Below are positions 25,362 through 38,437 of a stretch of 64,000 nt of DNA, piece after piece; the stretch's first letter is position 1, and each line of letters starts with the position of its first letter. Source of the DNA: Lama guanicoe (taxonomy: Eukaryota); NCBI GenBank assembly GCA_013239625.1, contig MU057352.1, positions 30,077,277 to 30,141,276 of the forward strand. The letters run 5' to 3'. The notes under the pieces were generated by a model. That model searched no databases. It was not told the origin of the DNA and saw nothing but the letters and a program-made list of their open reading frames with translations. Made by a program: the position numbers and the translations under genes.

Positions 25362-26919
25362 CTAGAAAGAGAAAACATGAAATCAAGTGGTCAGTGCCGG
25401 GAAGGAGAGAGCCAGGGTATGGAGGAACGGTGCTCCTCCCATGGTCCAGACTGCACTCCCCGTCTGGCAGCCTTCCCGGATTCTGCACACTCTAAAGTTC
25501 ACCCCAGCAGCCCGTCGTCCCTGCCAGTCCAGCAGGCATGGACCATGGCCACCAACAGGGCTGACTGTGCCCCAGTCGTGATGCCCCAACTGTGATCACA
25601 GCAATACGCACCCCCCCAATATATGACCACAATTCCAAGTTTTCTGTGCTTTCTCCAGACTTCATTATGTCCCATCCTGGACACACCCCAAATTTGACCA
25701 TGTACCCACATTTCAATTCAGTCCCCATGTCACCAATACATTAATTTATCGTTGCACCAATAATTTGCCAAGTACCTACATTTTGTGGGTCACTTTTCCA
25801 GGAGTTGGGAGGGGCAGGAATGATTAAACTATAGCCTCTGCCCTCAAGCACGGTGGCTGAGATTGCGTGGGTGTAAGTTCTTAGTAACGGCTGGCTTAAG
25901 AGAGGGACAAGTTTCCTGACCGTTAGTTTCCTCCCTTACACGACAGGCGGGCAGCAGCGGGCCAGTGGACGCCGCGCGCACTAAAGGAGCGCCTGGCAGC
26001 GGCCACACAGGTGAGCTGCTGTGGGTGCTGCTGCTGTTGTGCGCCTGTCATTCTGCACTTTGGAGGAAGAGAAAAAGGAGGAGGGAAGACGGGAAAAGGG
26101 AAGGGACCCCATTTGCCATTTTCTGTAGAGGGACAGCAAAACGGTCAGATCTTCTTGCCGTGACTTGTTTGTCCTGCAGCGTGACTGCTGCTTGCACGAC
26201 GACGTAAGCCATGTATCTGGCCAACTCATGTTTGTTGTTTGTTCGCTGCAAGCTGCAGTCTAGGTCCCAGGACCAAAGATGACTCAGTCACGAGCCCTGC
26301 CCACTTTCAATACTCAGTGTTAAGTTCGGAAAAGAAACCTGAACAGGGCTTGTGAAGTTCTCACAAAAGAGATGCAACCAAACCCAAACCTCTCACTAGA
26401 CTCTGGTAATGTGGTCTCTCTCCTGCATCCCTCCAGGCCCACGGCAGCCACGCCCCCCGAGAGCTACAGCATCCGTCTGTCCAACCCTCATCTCTGAAAA
26501 GAGCCCCTGTGAAATTCTCTTCAGAGTCCCAGATGGGCGGTCTGTTTCTGTAGAACATTGTGCTACGGCTGATTCTGGGGCATACGAGACGCTTGGGGCT
26601 GCCAGCAAACCTGACCTGCACGCAACGGAGAGGGCGGGGGAGGAAGGAAGTCAAAGAACAAGGCAAATATGGAAAAAGAGCAATGAACTAAGAATGAACA
26701 TGACCAGTGCTGGATCCCTCACCAGCACCCCACACCAGTGAGAGGACCAGGAGGGAAGATTGCAAACCGGCCAGCAGGTGACTACACGTCCAGTCTTCGG
26801 ACTGACACCAAGTTCCCCTGCTGAGTTTACGACTAACCCATCTATCCAAAACTTTATTCCCATTCTTGTCCTGCCTCTGTTCCCCTCAGGATGGAGGAGT
26901 ATCAGAGAAAAGGGGGGGC

Positions 26920-27556
26920 TGCAACTGAGCAGGACCCTGAGGGGCCTCCCCAGGTACAAGCCCCTCTGTGTCCCCGCTTCTTGTCTGGCCTTCCCGGAGT
27001 TCCAAAGAGCAGACTCAAGCAGTTACTAACTAGGGAAGTGAGGGAATGCAGAAATAGAGGAAAGGTAGTTAAGCAAGAAGAGTTATGGTAAAGAAAGCAA
27101 CAGTCCAGCAAGAAAACAGAGTCCCAGGCCTCCTAGTTTCTCAAGGGGTACACAACAATCTGATGCACACCTGTGAGCTGTTCTGCAGAAACTGAGACCC
27201 CCCCCCGTTAGAGGACAGTAACTACCTCTGACCACAAGCATGGAGACCCCAGACTAGCTGGGACCAGAAGGCTGACGATTAAGATTCCTGACACATCACC
27301 CTGTTACCTCACCATCAACTAATCAGAAGAATGTCTGTGAGCTGGTCACACACCCTGCAACCCTCACTCTAAAGTTGCCTTTAAAAACCCTTGTCTGAAA
27401 GCCACTGGGGATTCAGACTTCTTGGGCACTAGCCGCCCATTCTCCTTGCTTGGCGCCCTGCAAGTGAACGCTGTACTTTTCCTTCGCCACAACCTGCTGT
27501 CAGTGGATCAGTTTTGCGGTGCGTCAGGCAAGTGGTCCTGAGTTTGGCTGGTAACA
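26920..27556 (+). mobile_element. ERV1-class solo LTR (MER41-like)
   Basis: TG...CA termini (tgcaactgagcagg...gctggtaaca); near-TSD gggc/ggac; gcctttaaaaaccct TATA region; ctccttgcttggcgccctgca. Confidence 0.8.
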
Positions 27557-27959
27557 GGACAATGTCAGTCTGGTCCTGTGACCTTGGATAAATCTCATAA
27601 CCTCTCTGCACCTTAAGACCTTCATCAATTGGGGGGGGGTGAACACTCTACCAAATCCCCATGTACTTTATGTAGACTCATTTACAAGGTTAAGAGACTA
27701 TATACCATGGGGTACTGTAAGTACATTATTATGTTTTATCAACAGAATTAGAAGACAGAGAATAAACTACGCACACATAAACATCAGAGAAATCCATGAC
27801 GTTCTGTACTCGTGTCTCTTTAGACACTTGACACAGATTTTCTCCCTACCATTTTCTGTTTCGGCTTGGCTCCCTTCTTCTTCCCAAGGCTTTGCTTCAT
27901 GCACAGCAGGAAACCCTAACTACTGCAAGTTACACCACACCGATGACTGAGTTTGTATT

Positions 27960-28235
27960 CTTCCAGGGTATCCATTCACATCCCTGCTTCCTGCACATGC
28001 TCTTCCCCTTGTGGGGACGTTCTTTCCTCCAGGTTCTAAGCTTCCACTCACTCACCCCCCAATTAGGACTTGGCCCAGTCATTCCATTCCCATAAACCCA
28101 CCTCTGCCTGCCCTCCTCTCTGTCCTCTTGAAGAAATTTGTATGTATCTTCATTAATCATAACACACTCTGCCCTCCCATTTTGTCTGTCTGACTCTCTG
28201 ACTTCTGTGTAAGTGTCTTAAAGAAGAAACTATCC
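27960..28235 (+). mobile_element. L2 LINE 3' fragment containing the non-exonised counterpart of a human COL22A1 cassette exon
   Basis: cctgcacatgctcttcccct...ccctcctctctgtcctc...tttgtctgtctgactctctgacttctgtgtaag follows the order of the L2 3' consensus. Confidence 0.55.
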
Positions 28236-28829
28236 ACTCATTCATTTATTAATCCAATAAACATTTGTCAAGTACTTAAAAGGAGTCAGCCCCTACCTTC
28301 GGTACAAAGTCCATACACTTTTCCATCCACAGGGCCCAGTTTAGGGCCTGCCACAGCCCTCTAATAGCAAATTCCTGAATGCCAGAATGAATGGATCTAT
28401 CGTCACTCACGTCTTGTCAGGTACTGAATTCTACTTTTGACCAAAATCAACTTTCTACTGAGAAAGGAGCATAATAAAAGACACCTCCCAGCCTGCAGGA
28501 ATCTGAGTCACTGATTGATCTCTGCAGCTGGGTAGCCAGGCCCAGCTCCCTTTGTGTGTTTAAGGCCCATTGCGACGCTAACATTCCCTGCCTGCCCCGG
28601 AACTACACTTCGAGGCTTAATGGACTGAAACTTTTAGAAAATGGCTTCAAGAAAAGAGCAAAAGACCTTAATGCTCTGTTAGCAAAACCAAGAGGGCTCA
28701 ACTAGAAAAAAGGGGGCACATGAGCTATAATCTGTAATACTGACTGCAGTAACTGTTTTGGCTGCAAGACATTCTGGGCCAGTTCAACAGTGTTCAGGGA
28801 AGAAATGAGTGAGGCCGTGGAAGGAGAAT

Positions 28830-29030
28830 GACATTTACTGAACAACCACCATGTGCCATCAGAACACTTATCTGCAGGAGCCCTTTGGGGGTTAAATATG
28901 CTTTATTCCTTTATACAGAGAAGGGACAGTCTCAGAAAGAATGAGCCACTTGCCTTCAAGTCATCTATCTTGTAGGCAGCTGAGCTAGGATCCTAACCCA
29001 GTTCTGTATGAAGGCAAAGCCTGCTCATTT
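28830..29030 (-). mobile_element. MIR SINE fragment
   Basis: acatttactgaacaaccaccatgtgcc...ttttatacagagaaggga...gagctaggatcctaacccagttctg. Confidence 0.6.
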
Positions 29031-30728
29031 TGCTAGGAAACAAGTGCCACCCAAGAGAAGGAAAGGCATCTTCACATATCTTCCTGTAGTTGTTAAGTAG
29101 TTAGGAAGGGCTACCCAGGTGCCCCTAACAACCTTTATATGGCTCCCTCCCTTGGTTCCCCAGGTGTGTTCAGTCAGCACCAGGGACAGCACCTGGGCAA
29201 GGAACAGGGCTGACCAGTCTCAGGGGTCACCCTCTGTGTCTCTGCCTCCCTCCCTCCCTCCCTCCCTCCCTCCTTTTCTCCCCAGGAGCTCTCAGTTCTA
29301 CAGCTAAAGACCTCTGAATCCCAACTCACCTTCCCAGCGCCAGTTAATTATGGAAACCTCTAAACTACATTCTAACTTAGAAACAAATATTTACAATACT
29401 AACACTGAAAGGGTCATGTTTACACATCCCACATTTTTAAAAAGAGGACTCCTTTGGCCAAAGGGACAGCGTGACTGACTAGGAGCCCCCGGAGTTGAAA
29501 CTAGCTGGTCAACAGGACCCCACGGCCCGGCCCTCCGCACGCCTCACCCGGGCTCTCAGCCTGGCTCCGCTCGGCAGGGCTGCCCCCCAACTCCCCTTGC
29601 GCTTCCTCTCTCCAACAGCGAGCCGACGGGTGAGTCAGGCCTCTCTAGATCCCCACCTTCTTGCTGCAACCCTAAGGCAGACTCCGCGGGGTGATCTAGC
29701 GACAAGGATCACTAATATTTACAGAGCGAGTACCTGTGACTAGGCAACCATGAGGCCAGGCAATCATTTCCATCTGTGTTATATCACTTTTTCCTAAACT
29801 CTGCCTGGGAGATACTTATCACCCTCATAAGTAATTATCGTAAGAGAAAGGACATCTTAAGCCACTTTCTCATTACCCCACTTCCCGTGTCCTTGCCTTC
29901 CTTTCTTCTAAGAGGCAATTTATTTCTTCTAGATCCTGAAGGTCCTACTCTCGGGGGAAACCTGAGAGCACAGGAGGCTGCCAGTCAGGCGCTGTGCTCA
30001 CTGAGTCACAGAGGAACCTCTGACAAACACCTTCACTCGGCTGTTAATTCGCAGGGTCCTCCAGAACCTGGGTGCTGCTTCCTGCTCCTCCACACACGCC
30101 CACCCGCACGTGCCCACCGCCCCGCACGCGCCCACTGCCCTGCAAGCACTCACTGCTCCAGGCACAAGGAACTACCTGATGTGCCTTCAAATCCAGGCAA
30201 AGTTGTTTCCATTTTTTTTTTCTCCTCAGAAACTAGGGAGCTGCCAAACATTTGCTTAGATCACTCAAAGAACGTTCTCATTTCTTTTTCCTTTGATCAT
30301 GAACAACAAACATGAACGCCATCAGGGGACTGCACACTAGCCTCCCTCTGACCTCAGTCAGTGCAAGCTCAGTGCGTTCACACAGGTCACCTGCCTGAAC
30401 AGCAGAAAAAGTCATGGAGCAAACAAGTTAAACGTAGACACGGCCATGATTCCTGGGGCCTTGAGTCCCGCATCCTGGATGTCATTGAAAACAAGCCTTT
30501 AATACACAACAAAAACCACATGCTCTGTGATCATGTTGCTCTATTAAGCACCAATTGTGTGGAAATTACTTCAATGTCACAGTTTAGAGTCACAGAACCT
30601 TGAGATGGGTGGAAAATGAGAAACATGGAAGAAAACTGAGGTGACCAGAGATTCTTACCATTAAGTTTTGCACGGCCCCTTTCTATGTGCAACCCATGGT
30701 GCCCACAGTTTGCTGCATAAATACTCAC

Positions 30729-30773
30729 CTTGGTTCCTAGAAGCCCAGGTAACCCAGGTGGTCCACGAAGCCC
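30729..30773 (-). CDS. COL22A1: COL22A1 exon, 45 nt, [15 protein letters not shown]
   Basis: tccccAG acceptor, GTGAGT donor. Confidence 0.94.
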
Positions 30774-31387
30774 CTGGGGAAATGAATGGTAAGAGGACAG
30801 TCAGGGGACGATAAGCGAGCATTTCCCCATCCAGCACGTGGCCAGCTGTGCGCACCCTATGCTGTGGGAGCCACAGATGACCGGGACTCTCACCATGATG
30901 TGTCTGGCACAAAGCAGACCACCTGCTTTTGAGACCCGAGGCGCTTGGGTGTGAGTTCTGACTGCCACCTGCCAGCTCTGTGTGACCTTGAGCAAGTTCC
31001 TCCGTCTCTCCCTGTTTGCTTTCCTACTAAAGAGTCTTATTTTGCAGACTCCTTCAGAAAGGGCAAGGCCAGATTTCAGGTTTCAAGGTAGGGCTTCACC
31101 CAATTCCAAAGACTGATCTCTTCCTCATTTCCCGTGCTGTCAAGACCTGGAGGAGCCAGTGGGCAAAGTCTTCAACTGCTGATGCAGTGCACACGGCCTG
31201 CATTCAAACCACAATCTACCATTGGAAGTACTGGCTGGAAGAGCCAGAGTGCAGGGAGAAGGGAGGTCCAGGCCCTTGTGGGTTAATGGCCAAGCTCTCC
31301 CACTCTGGCCATGTGACTTTGTTTCGGCAAGTGAATCTCCTCTCTGAACCTCACATCTCCCATCTATAAAACAGGCTTAATGATACC

Positions 31388-31742
31388 TCTGGTCTGAATG
31401 TTGGTCTCCCCCCAAAATTTGCATGTTAAACCCTAATGCCCACTGTGATGGTGTTAGGAGGTGGGCCCTTTGAGGGTGATTAGGTCACGAGGGTGGAGCC
31501 CTCTGAATGGGATTAGTGCCCTACTGAAGAGGTTCCATAGAGATTCCCTGCCCCTTTCACGACCCGAGGACACAGCAAGAAACCGGCAGTGTGTGACCAG
31601 GAGAGGGCTCCCACCAGAACCAGCCGTGCTGATGCCCTGATCCTGGACCTCCAGCCTCCAGAACTGTGATACTCAGATTTCTGCTGTTCATAAGACACCA
31701 GTTTATGGTGTTTCCTTATAGCAGCCCAAATGGACTAAAACA
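31388..31742 (+). mobile_element. MaLR solo LTR (MLT1A-like)
   Basis: tggtctgaatgttgg...gagggtggagccctctgaatgggattagtgccct...ctccagcctccagaactgtga...ttatagcagcccaaatggactaaaaca. Confidence 0.88.
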
Positions 31743-32129
31743 ACTTCTCACTTCTCAGCGTAGACACGAGGATGAAGGACGGCGTGCTCAGTGCCTGGTA
31801 CACAGAAAATGCCACACTAGCTAGTACAACAAAAGCTGGCTGAGAGCCACACGCTAAGGGTTTATGTGTACCATGTCACTTAGCCCTTGGGAGGTAGATG
31901 CCAGGATCACTCATGTTTTAGGGCAAAAGGAAATTCACATCTAGGATTAAAGATTCAGGCACAGCAAATTTCAGTCATTTTTCCAAGGTCACACAGGTAG
32001 GGGGTTGTTCTGACTCGAACTTAGGTCCATCTGTCCCACTCTATGAGGTCGTGAGCTTTTGAGAATGACAAAGCCACCATCATCACTGTCTTCAGAGTCA
32101 GGACAGAACCTGGCTCAGAGTGGGCACTG

Positions 32130-32540
32130 GCCAATGAGGAAGATTTCATTACTGGCCCCAACTCTTCCCTTCCTGTGAGAGGATCCACATGCCCACCCAC
32201 TGCCAGCGGACTAGCAAGACGTCCCACGGGGGAGTGAACGTGCCTGCCCCACCGGTGCTGGGCTTGGCCACGAGGCTTGCTTTGGCCAACAGCACGAGCG
32301 GACGTGATGCGGATCACACCCACAGACGCTTTGAGAGTCATCGTGCGTCTCCTCCGTGAGGAACACGTGGCTGGCGGGGCCATGGACCTCTTCTTCAGCC
32401 TGGGGCTGAGAAGACAAGTGGGGCAGGGCCCCAGTGCTCAACCCAACGGACATCAACATGTAACACAAGGGCCTTCTGTTAAGGGTCAAAAGCCACTGAG
32501 ATTTCAGGTTCTTTGTTACTGCAGCAAAATTTACTAACAC
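32130..32540 (+). mobile_element. Old MaLR LTR (MLT1I/J-like)
   Basis: gggcttggccacgaggcttgctttggccaac...cttcagcctgggg...aagccactgagatttcaggttctttgttactgcagca. Confidence 0.75.
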
Positions 32541-33053
32541 GTCTCACTTCACGTGGAGGACATACTAAAATGTTCGCAAGCCTCCTTGCACGTAACACCG
32601 CATGCATTTGCAGGTACAATCTGTCTCGAACACCCACTCTGCTGTTTTGTCTAAAATATCATTTCTTCTCAACTTTGACTTTCAGCACCAACGCCATTTC
32701 CTATGTGAGGTTAGCCCAGACTTACACAGATGGAGAAGCCCCAGGGCTGCCCGAGCTCTGGCTTGCTGTTTGCTTCACTGTTTCAGGAGCATCTCAACAT
32801 CACAGACTTTAACCCTGTGTCCCCAGCATCTGGGCTGGAGCCTGACACACAGCAAGCAGGCCATGCAGGCCAGTGCTGCCCTGGTCTGAATGCACTGGAG
32901 CAAGCTGTCTCCCCACACAGTGCCCCCTTCCCGACCACACACTTTCACTGGCTAAGACTCAGGTTCTGCAAAGTTGGGCCAGTGAGCCTTTTTTTTTTCT
33001 TTTCTCTGTGCCCGGTCGTCATGGGCACAGAAACGCCTGGACAGGACACTTAC

Positions 33054-33158
33054 CGGCTCTCCATCTTTCCCTTTTCCAGGTGGCCCGGGGAGCCCAGGGG
33101 CTCCGGGGTCGCCCCTGGGGCCAGCTGGCCCTGGGCTCCCTTCTTCTCCCACGGCTCC
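33054..33158 (-). CDS. COL22A1: COL22A1 exon, 105 nt, GAVGEEGSPGPAGPRGDPGAPGLPGPPGKGKDGEP
   Basis: ctctccAG acceptor, GTAAGT donor; contains GK-GKD triplet imperfection. Confidence 0.95.
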
Positions 33159-33296
33159 CTGGAGAGCAAAGCAGACAAGTGTCCAGGATCAATGACATGC
33201 AGACAGTAAGCTTCTCGGTGGCGAACGAACCTGAATGGGGTTGGGAGGCTTCCCAGTGATGCCGTCTGAGAAAGCCCACCCCCTCTGAGGGCGGAG

Positions 33297-33688
33297 AGAG
33301 CTGGACGGTACTGCGTGTCCCCCAGAATTCACACGCCAAAGCCCTAACCCCCGGGAACTCCATTTAGAAGATGTAATCAGTTAAGACGAGGTCCCGCTGG
33401 CGCAGCACAGAATCTAAGCCGGGCTGGCCTGGTGTCCTCATAAGACACAGAGACGTGGACACAGACGTGCGCACAGGAAGTGAAGACGCAGGGAGAAGAC
33501 AGCCATCAGCAATTCAAGGAGAGACGCCTGGGGGAGAGTCTTCCCTTGCAGCCCCAGGAGGAGCCAACCCTGCTGACCCCACGACTCGGGGCTTCCAGAC
33601 ACGGGGAGCACGGTGAGACGGTGAGCGTCTGCTGCTTAAGGCTCCAGTTTGTGGTCCTCTGTTACGGTGGCTTTAACAGACTATACGC
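33297..33688 (+). mobile_element. MaLR solo LTR (MLT1B/C-like)
   Basis: gtgtcccccagaattcacac...gatgtaatcagttaagacgaggtc...ggagccaaccctgctgac...cagtttgtggtcctctgttacgg. Confidence 0.8.
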
Positions 33689-35225
33689 CAAGGAACAAGG
33701 AACTGGGAAGGACATTAGCAGTCTTCTAGTCCAGCCTTTGCCCTCTGCAGGAAACCGTCAGGCGTGGCTCTCACGGGCAGGCCTCCTCCCATTTCTGCTT
33801 GGACTCCTTTGAGAGCAGAGAGCTCACCACCTCCCAGGTCTGTTCATCCCTTTATTGGGCAGTCTCATTACATCATGTGTCTTTACATTCAGCTAAAACA
33901 ACCTTCTCTGAAATCTCCCAGACGTCTGACATTCCACCTTGGAGCTCTGCGGACTAAAGCTAACCCTCCTCACGCGGCAGGCCTTCAGCGACGGGAACAC
34001 GCACAGCGTGGGGCTCCGAAGTGGGGAGAGAGAGCGTGCGTGTGCGAGCCAGGACCTGATTCGGGAGGGAGCTGGGCTTCGAGTCTGCTCACCCTTTCTG
34101 ACCACAAAGCCAGGGGCCCCGTGGCAGCCCTGGCTGCGGACCGCAGTGCTAGGGGGAATGACGTGAGCCACAGGAACGCCTCCCGGGCAGGGCTCCCGTG
34201 GGCCTAAGCTGCACCCCGGTTGTCTCTAGACACTCCTGCTGCAGAGGTGACGTGAGGTGTGACGTCCCAAGGAGAGCCAAAGCAAGCCCAGGGCAGGACT
34301 GGCTTCCCCAAGCGTCAGGCCAGCCACTGGACAGTGAGACAGAAAGGGCACGTCCTGCGTCAGGGATGCTTCCCGCTGTGCAGAGCATCGGAGGTCCCCT
34401 TCCAAATGCAGCCCTGGGTCTTGGACCTCAGCCTGGGTGTCTGCTCGGCTGAGAAGCGGTGTTTGGCTCCCCCTAGAGGCTGAGTGAGCCAACAATGCAC
34501 TGACCTTCTAGTCTCTGCTCAGCTGGTCCTCAGAAACCTCTTCTCACCCCCCTCAACTCCCTCTCAGTGGCCAGAGCCCTACTTGTGTCCTAGGAGGGAG
34601 CCCAGCCCCGCAGACACGGCATAATCAAGGCAGAACAGACGGGCCCAGTTTCCTCCCTCGCTCCGCTCTCGCTGCTGCAGCCTGAGGGGGTCTTAGGGAG
34701 AAATGAGCACGTGCATCACACAGGGGTTGTTACTGAGCTCGTGGTGAACGAACGCTCCAAGAACCCAGGACATTACCCACAGGCTGGCTGATCATTCTTC
34801 TCCACAATAAACCATGCTCTCCTCTGAGGTACGCACTTTAAAGCTGAGCCTTCAGACCAAAATGCAAACGTTTACATCCAGTCTTGTTACATCTCGCCAA
34901 AACAGAAAACATAAAATGGCCGCTCCTTTTAAAGGTTCCAGGCACAGTGGACTGGGAGGGGTCCGTGTCAGGCTCAGACACTGGAGTGTGGGAGCGGCCG
35001 CTGTGCACGGCGGGTTAGGGTTGGGGGAGGCTGAGGTACCTGTCCTTGGGTGTGGAAGTCCGCACGGGGAGCGCGGGACACTGACCACCGGCTCCTGGCA
35101 CCACCTGCTCTCAGCCGCCTTCGATACATCAACGCTTCAGTTAATCCTCACCACCCACGACCAATGAGTTGTCCTCCCCATTTTACAGGTGAGGACATTC
35201 GGGTGCCAGAGGGTGCCCGAGGTCC

Positions 35226-35346
35226 AGGCTTCTCAACCTTGGCGCTACTGACATCGGGGTGGATAGTCTGTGTTGAGAAGGGGGTGCTGTCCTGTGGCTG
35301 TAAGACTTTTAGCAGAATCTCTGGTCTCACCCACCAGAGGCCAGTA
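35226..35346. mobile_element. MER20-like hAT relic inserted in a MIR
   Basis: ttctcaaccttggcgctactgacat...gctgtcctgtggctgtaagacttttagcagaatctctgg. Confidence 0.7.
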
Positions 35347-35861
35347 CAGCAGAAGTCAGAGTAAATGTCTGAGACTCCTCCTGAAAGGTTTCAAAAGGCC
35401 CTGGAGCCTCCGTCTCTGGCCCTGGGTGTTGGTGGCTTCTGTGCGTGTGTTGGGGAAATCTCTCTTCTTAGTGAATAACGCTCATAGCCCGGGACGGTTT
35501 AACTGCGCACACAGGCGTGGGACGGTTACGCTGGTGCACTGAACTGAGAGGAAATGAGATCTAGAGTCAGACAGACCTGGGTCTGAGGCTCAGCAGCTAC
35601 AGGATGCAGGACGAATGAACAGATCTCTCAGAGCCTCAGTCTCCACCTCTGTCAAATGGGGATCCGCCCAACGCACAGGTCTGCTGCGCGGGTTAAAGGA
35701 GATGACGGCAGGGCCTCCTCCCTCCCTCCCTCCCTCTACTCAGAAAGCCCTTCTGACTCCTGGGTCCCGAGTCAGGGCTAAGCTGAGCAGCTGCCTCCGT
35801 CCCTTCTTCTCTAGATGCTGAGAAGAGCCACTGTGAGCCGAGGGACCACACCGTGTCTTAC

Positions 35862-35915
35862 CTTCTCCCCGCGCTCGCCATCCTTCCCAGGGGGGCCTCT
35901 GATGCCAGGGGGGCC
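35862..35915 (-). CDS. COL22A1: COL22A1 exon, 54 nt, GPPGIRGPPGKDGERGEK
   Basis: ctcttcAG acceptor, GTAAGA donor. Confidence 0.94.
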
Positions 35916-37500
35916 CTGAAGAGAGAAAGGTTATTGACAAGGTGAATGACCTTGTCTAGAGGCTCACAGCCTCCAGAAGAGGGCGAAAAGGCCCCTTTTT
36001 GGTCCACAACAGCTCCAGCCCCACTGTCCCCGACTCCTGACTTAAATTCCTTGCTGCTGTCTCCTCCCCGCCTGCCTTTGCTGTTCCTCCCCAGTCTGCT
36101 CACATGGCCTTGCACATCAGAGCTCCCAACACCCAGGTGTGGGCTTCCAGACGCTCTGCCTGCCCTGGGTTGTAGCTCTCAAAGGGCAGGCAGGGCCTGG
36201 CTCCGAGAGGAACCCGGGGAGGACGAGGGTGACCTAAGAACCCAGCCTCGGCATCAGAGACCTGCTCCACCTGTGTCTTCAGAGCCCCCTGGAGGTTGGC
36301 TTTTGAGACAAGGCTCAGGTGCAAGTGCTCCACGCGTGCACCAGTGTGGGGGGGGAGAGAGCGGAGGACAGGCAGGTAGTGACACGTTCATGTAACTGGA
36401 GCTCAGTCCTGCGGGGGCTCTGGGGACCAATGAAGGCACGTGCTCAGAGCGGCTCCACCGGGGTGAAGGAGCTGGGGCACTTGTACACCATCGTTCAGGG
36501 CTGCTTCTGGTGGCGGAGGAGCTTCTGGCCACGTGTCATGGGGCCGGGCAATAAGGTCTCTAAAAGCCAGAGGAAACCCTCGGCAAAGGGAAGCAGCGTT
36601 GCTCCCGGAAGTCTGTGGCACACACTCAGTGGGGAGGGCGACGTGACTCTGGCGACGTCACAGCAGGATCATGGCAACCGTGAGCGGCAGGTCAGTCTCC
36701 CCGTGCCTGCTCCCTCCTGCGTAAAACGGGGCGGTAATAACGCCCCCGCCAGGGAGGGGATGACTCATGAGCTGACACGTGCAAAGCACGGAGAGCGGTG
36801 CCTGGCCTGTGGCTACGCCCAGGGTCTGTCTTCCAAACTGCTGTGATTCTTCACGTGGAGGTTGACGGCTGAACAGGACTGACCTCAACCTATTTTAGAG
36901 CAACTCTCCGCTGCCCTTGACCTGACGCCACTGGGCGTTTCATTGCACACGTTAAACTGAAATCAGTGTCTAGAGACCTTCAGGCTGGTCCCTTAGCAGG
37001 CCCCGTGGGGCCCATGTGGGAGAGGCGGTGTCCATGCTTCCAGTGCAGCGGGATGTTATAGGTGAACCACCACAGCGCGCTCTCTCCGTTTTGAAGACAG
37101 AAAAGCAGAGGCCCCCAGGGGCCCCAGGCAGGGGCCCACAGCCCGTGAGCGACAGAGCCGGGGCGAGAACCCGGGCATCCCAACAGCCAGGGCCCCTTCA
37201 GCTTCTGCCCCTTCTAAGGCACCTCTGACGCTGACTCCAGCATCGGTGGTGCTCACGGCTTTCAGCAGTTACAGCCGCCTCGCTGGCCACCTGGAGACCT
37301 CACGAGCTACCCAGAGCTTCAGGCTGGTAACTTTCCAGGTGACTCCGTGGGACATCAATTTCCCCAACTGTGAAATGGGAGCGAGGATGCCTACACCCCC
37401 AAGCTTCCTGGAGGATAGTGAGCTAACTCGGGGGGTGGGCACGGTGGACCCACAACCAGTTTTGGTGTCCCTGCCCTCTCCCCCCACCCTGATAACTCAC

Positions 37501-37545
37501 CGCACTTCCTGGGGGGCCACTGGGACCTGCAGGTCCAGGAGCGCC
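37501..37545 (-). CDS. COL22A1: COL22A1 exon, 45 nt, GAPGPAGPSGPPGSA
   Basis: ctgaacAG acceptor, GTGAGT donor; five triplets. Confidence 0.9.
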
Positions 37546-38437
37546 CTGTTCAGAGATGGAAGGAGGTTAGAAAGGCCAGCGTGTTGGCTGCAAGCAGTTG
37601 CCCCAGGCTCTCTCCAAACCCACCTCCACTCTGTTCCCCCTGACTTGCCAGAAACGTTTCTAACCTGAAACTCCCCCAACAGGTGAGATAAACCCCTGCC
37701 TGAGTGCTGCAGCGCCTCTACCAGCCAAGCCTCAAGTGAGTGAGACTCTGGCCCAGCGGTGGGAGGCAGGAGGCAGGAGGATGCTAGGAAGCTCCTCAAG
37801 ACCAAGGCACGGGGGAGGCAGAGGTGGTGTCTGTCGGGGGCAGGCACAGAGGAAGCCAGGATCTAACGTGCACGAGGGTCTAGGTGACGTCTGGCCTCTA
37901 TCCGAAGTGCATGGGGCAAAGGAAACACTGAAAATGGAGCAGACCGTCCAGATCGGAGTCGCAGAGAAAGACACCCTCGTCTAATGAAGGTCTGTGTGTC
38001 TTCCTGGGTTGGCTGGAACTGCATCAGGGGTGTGTGTGTGCGCGTGCGTGTGCATCACTGGATGTGGGCACCCGGGTTTCCGAATGTGTGGGTGCGGCTG
38101 TGCACGTGGGCACACTTCCAGGAGTGTCAAACCCATCTGGGAAAGAGCGTCCATGTGTGTCCACATGTGGATCACCCGTGTTTGTGCGGCAGGCGATTCC
38201 CTTCGTGGGCTGGCACGTGGACAAAGCCCCAAGGTGCTGGGAGCGCTGTGGAGATGTTCTCTGGTCCTCACTGCTCAGAAGGCCCCAGCCCTGGCCAGCC
38301 CTGCAGTGTGGACTGCACCTTCCTGGCCCCTTGCTCACAGTCAGCTGAGAGCTGGGAGCCCAGGGGCAGGTGCTCGGCCCAGGCTCCCTCCCGTGGGACC
38401 CCGGGGTGGGGGGGCCAGGTGGCGCATGAGGACTCAC

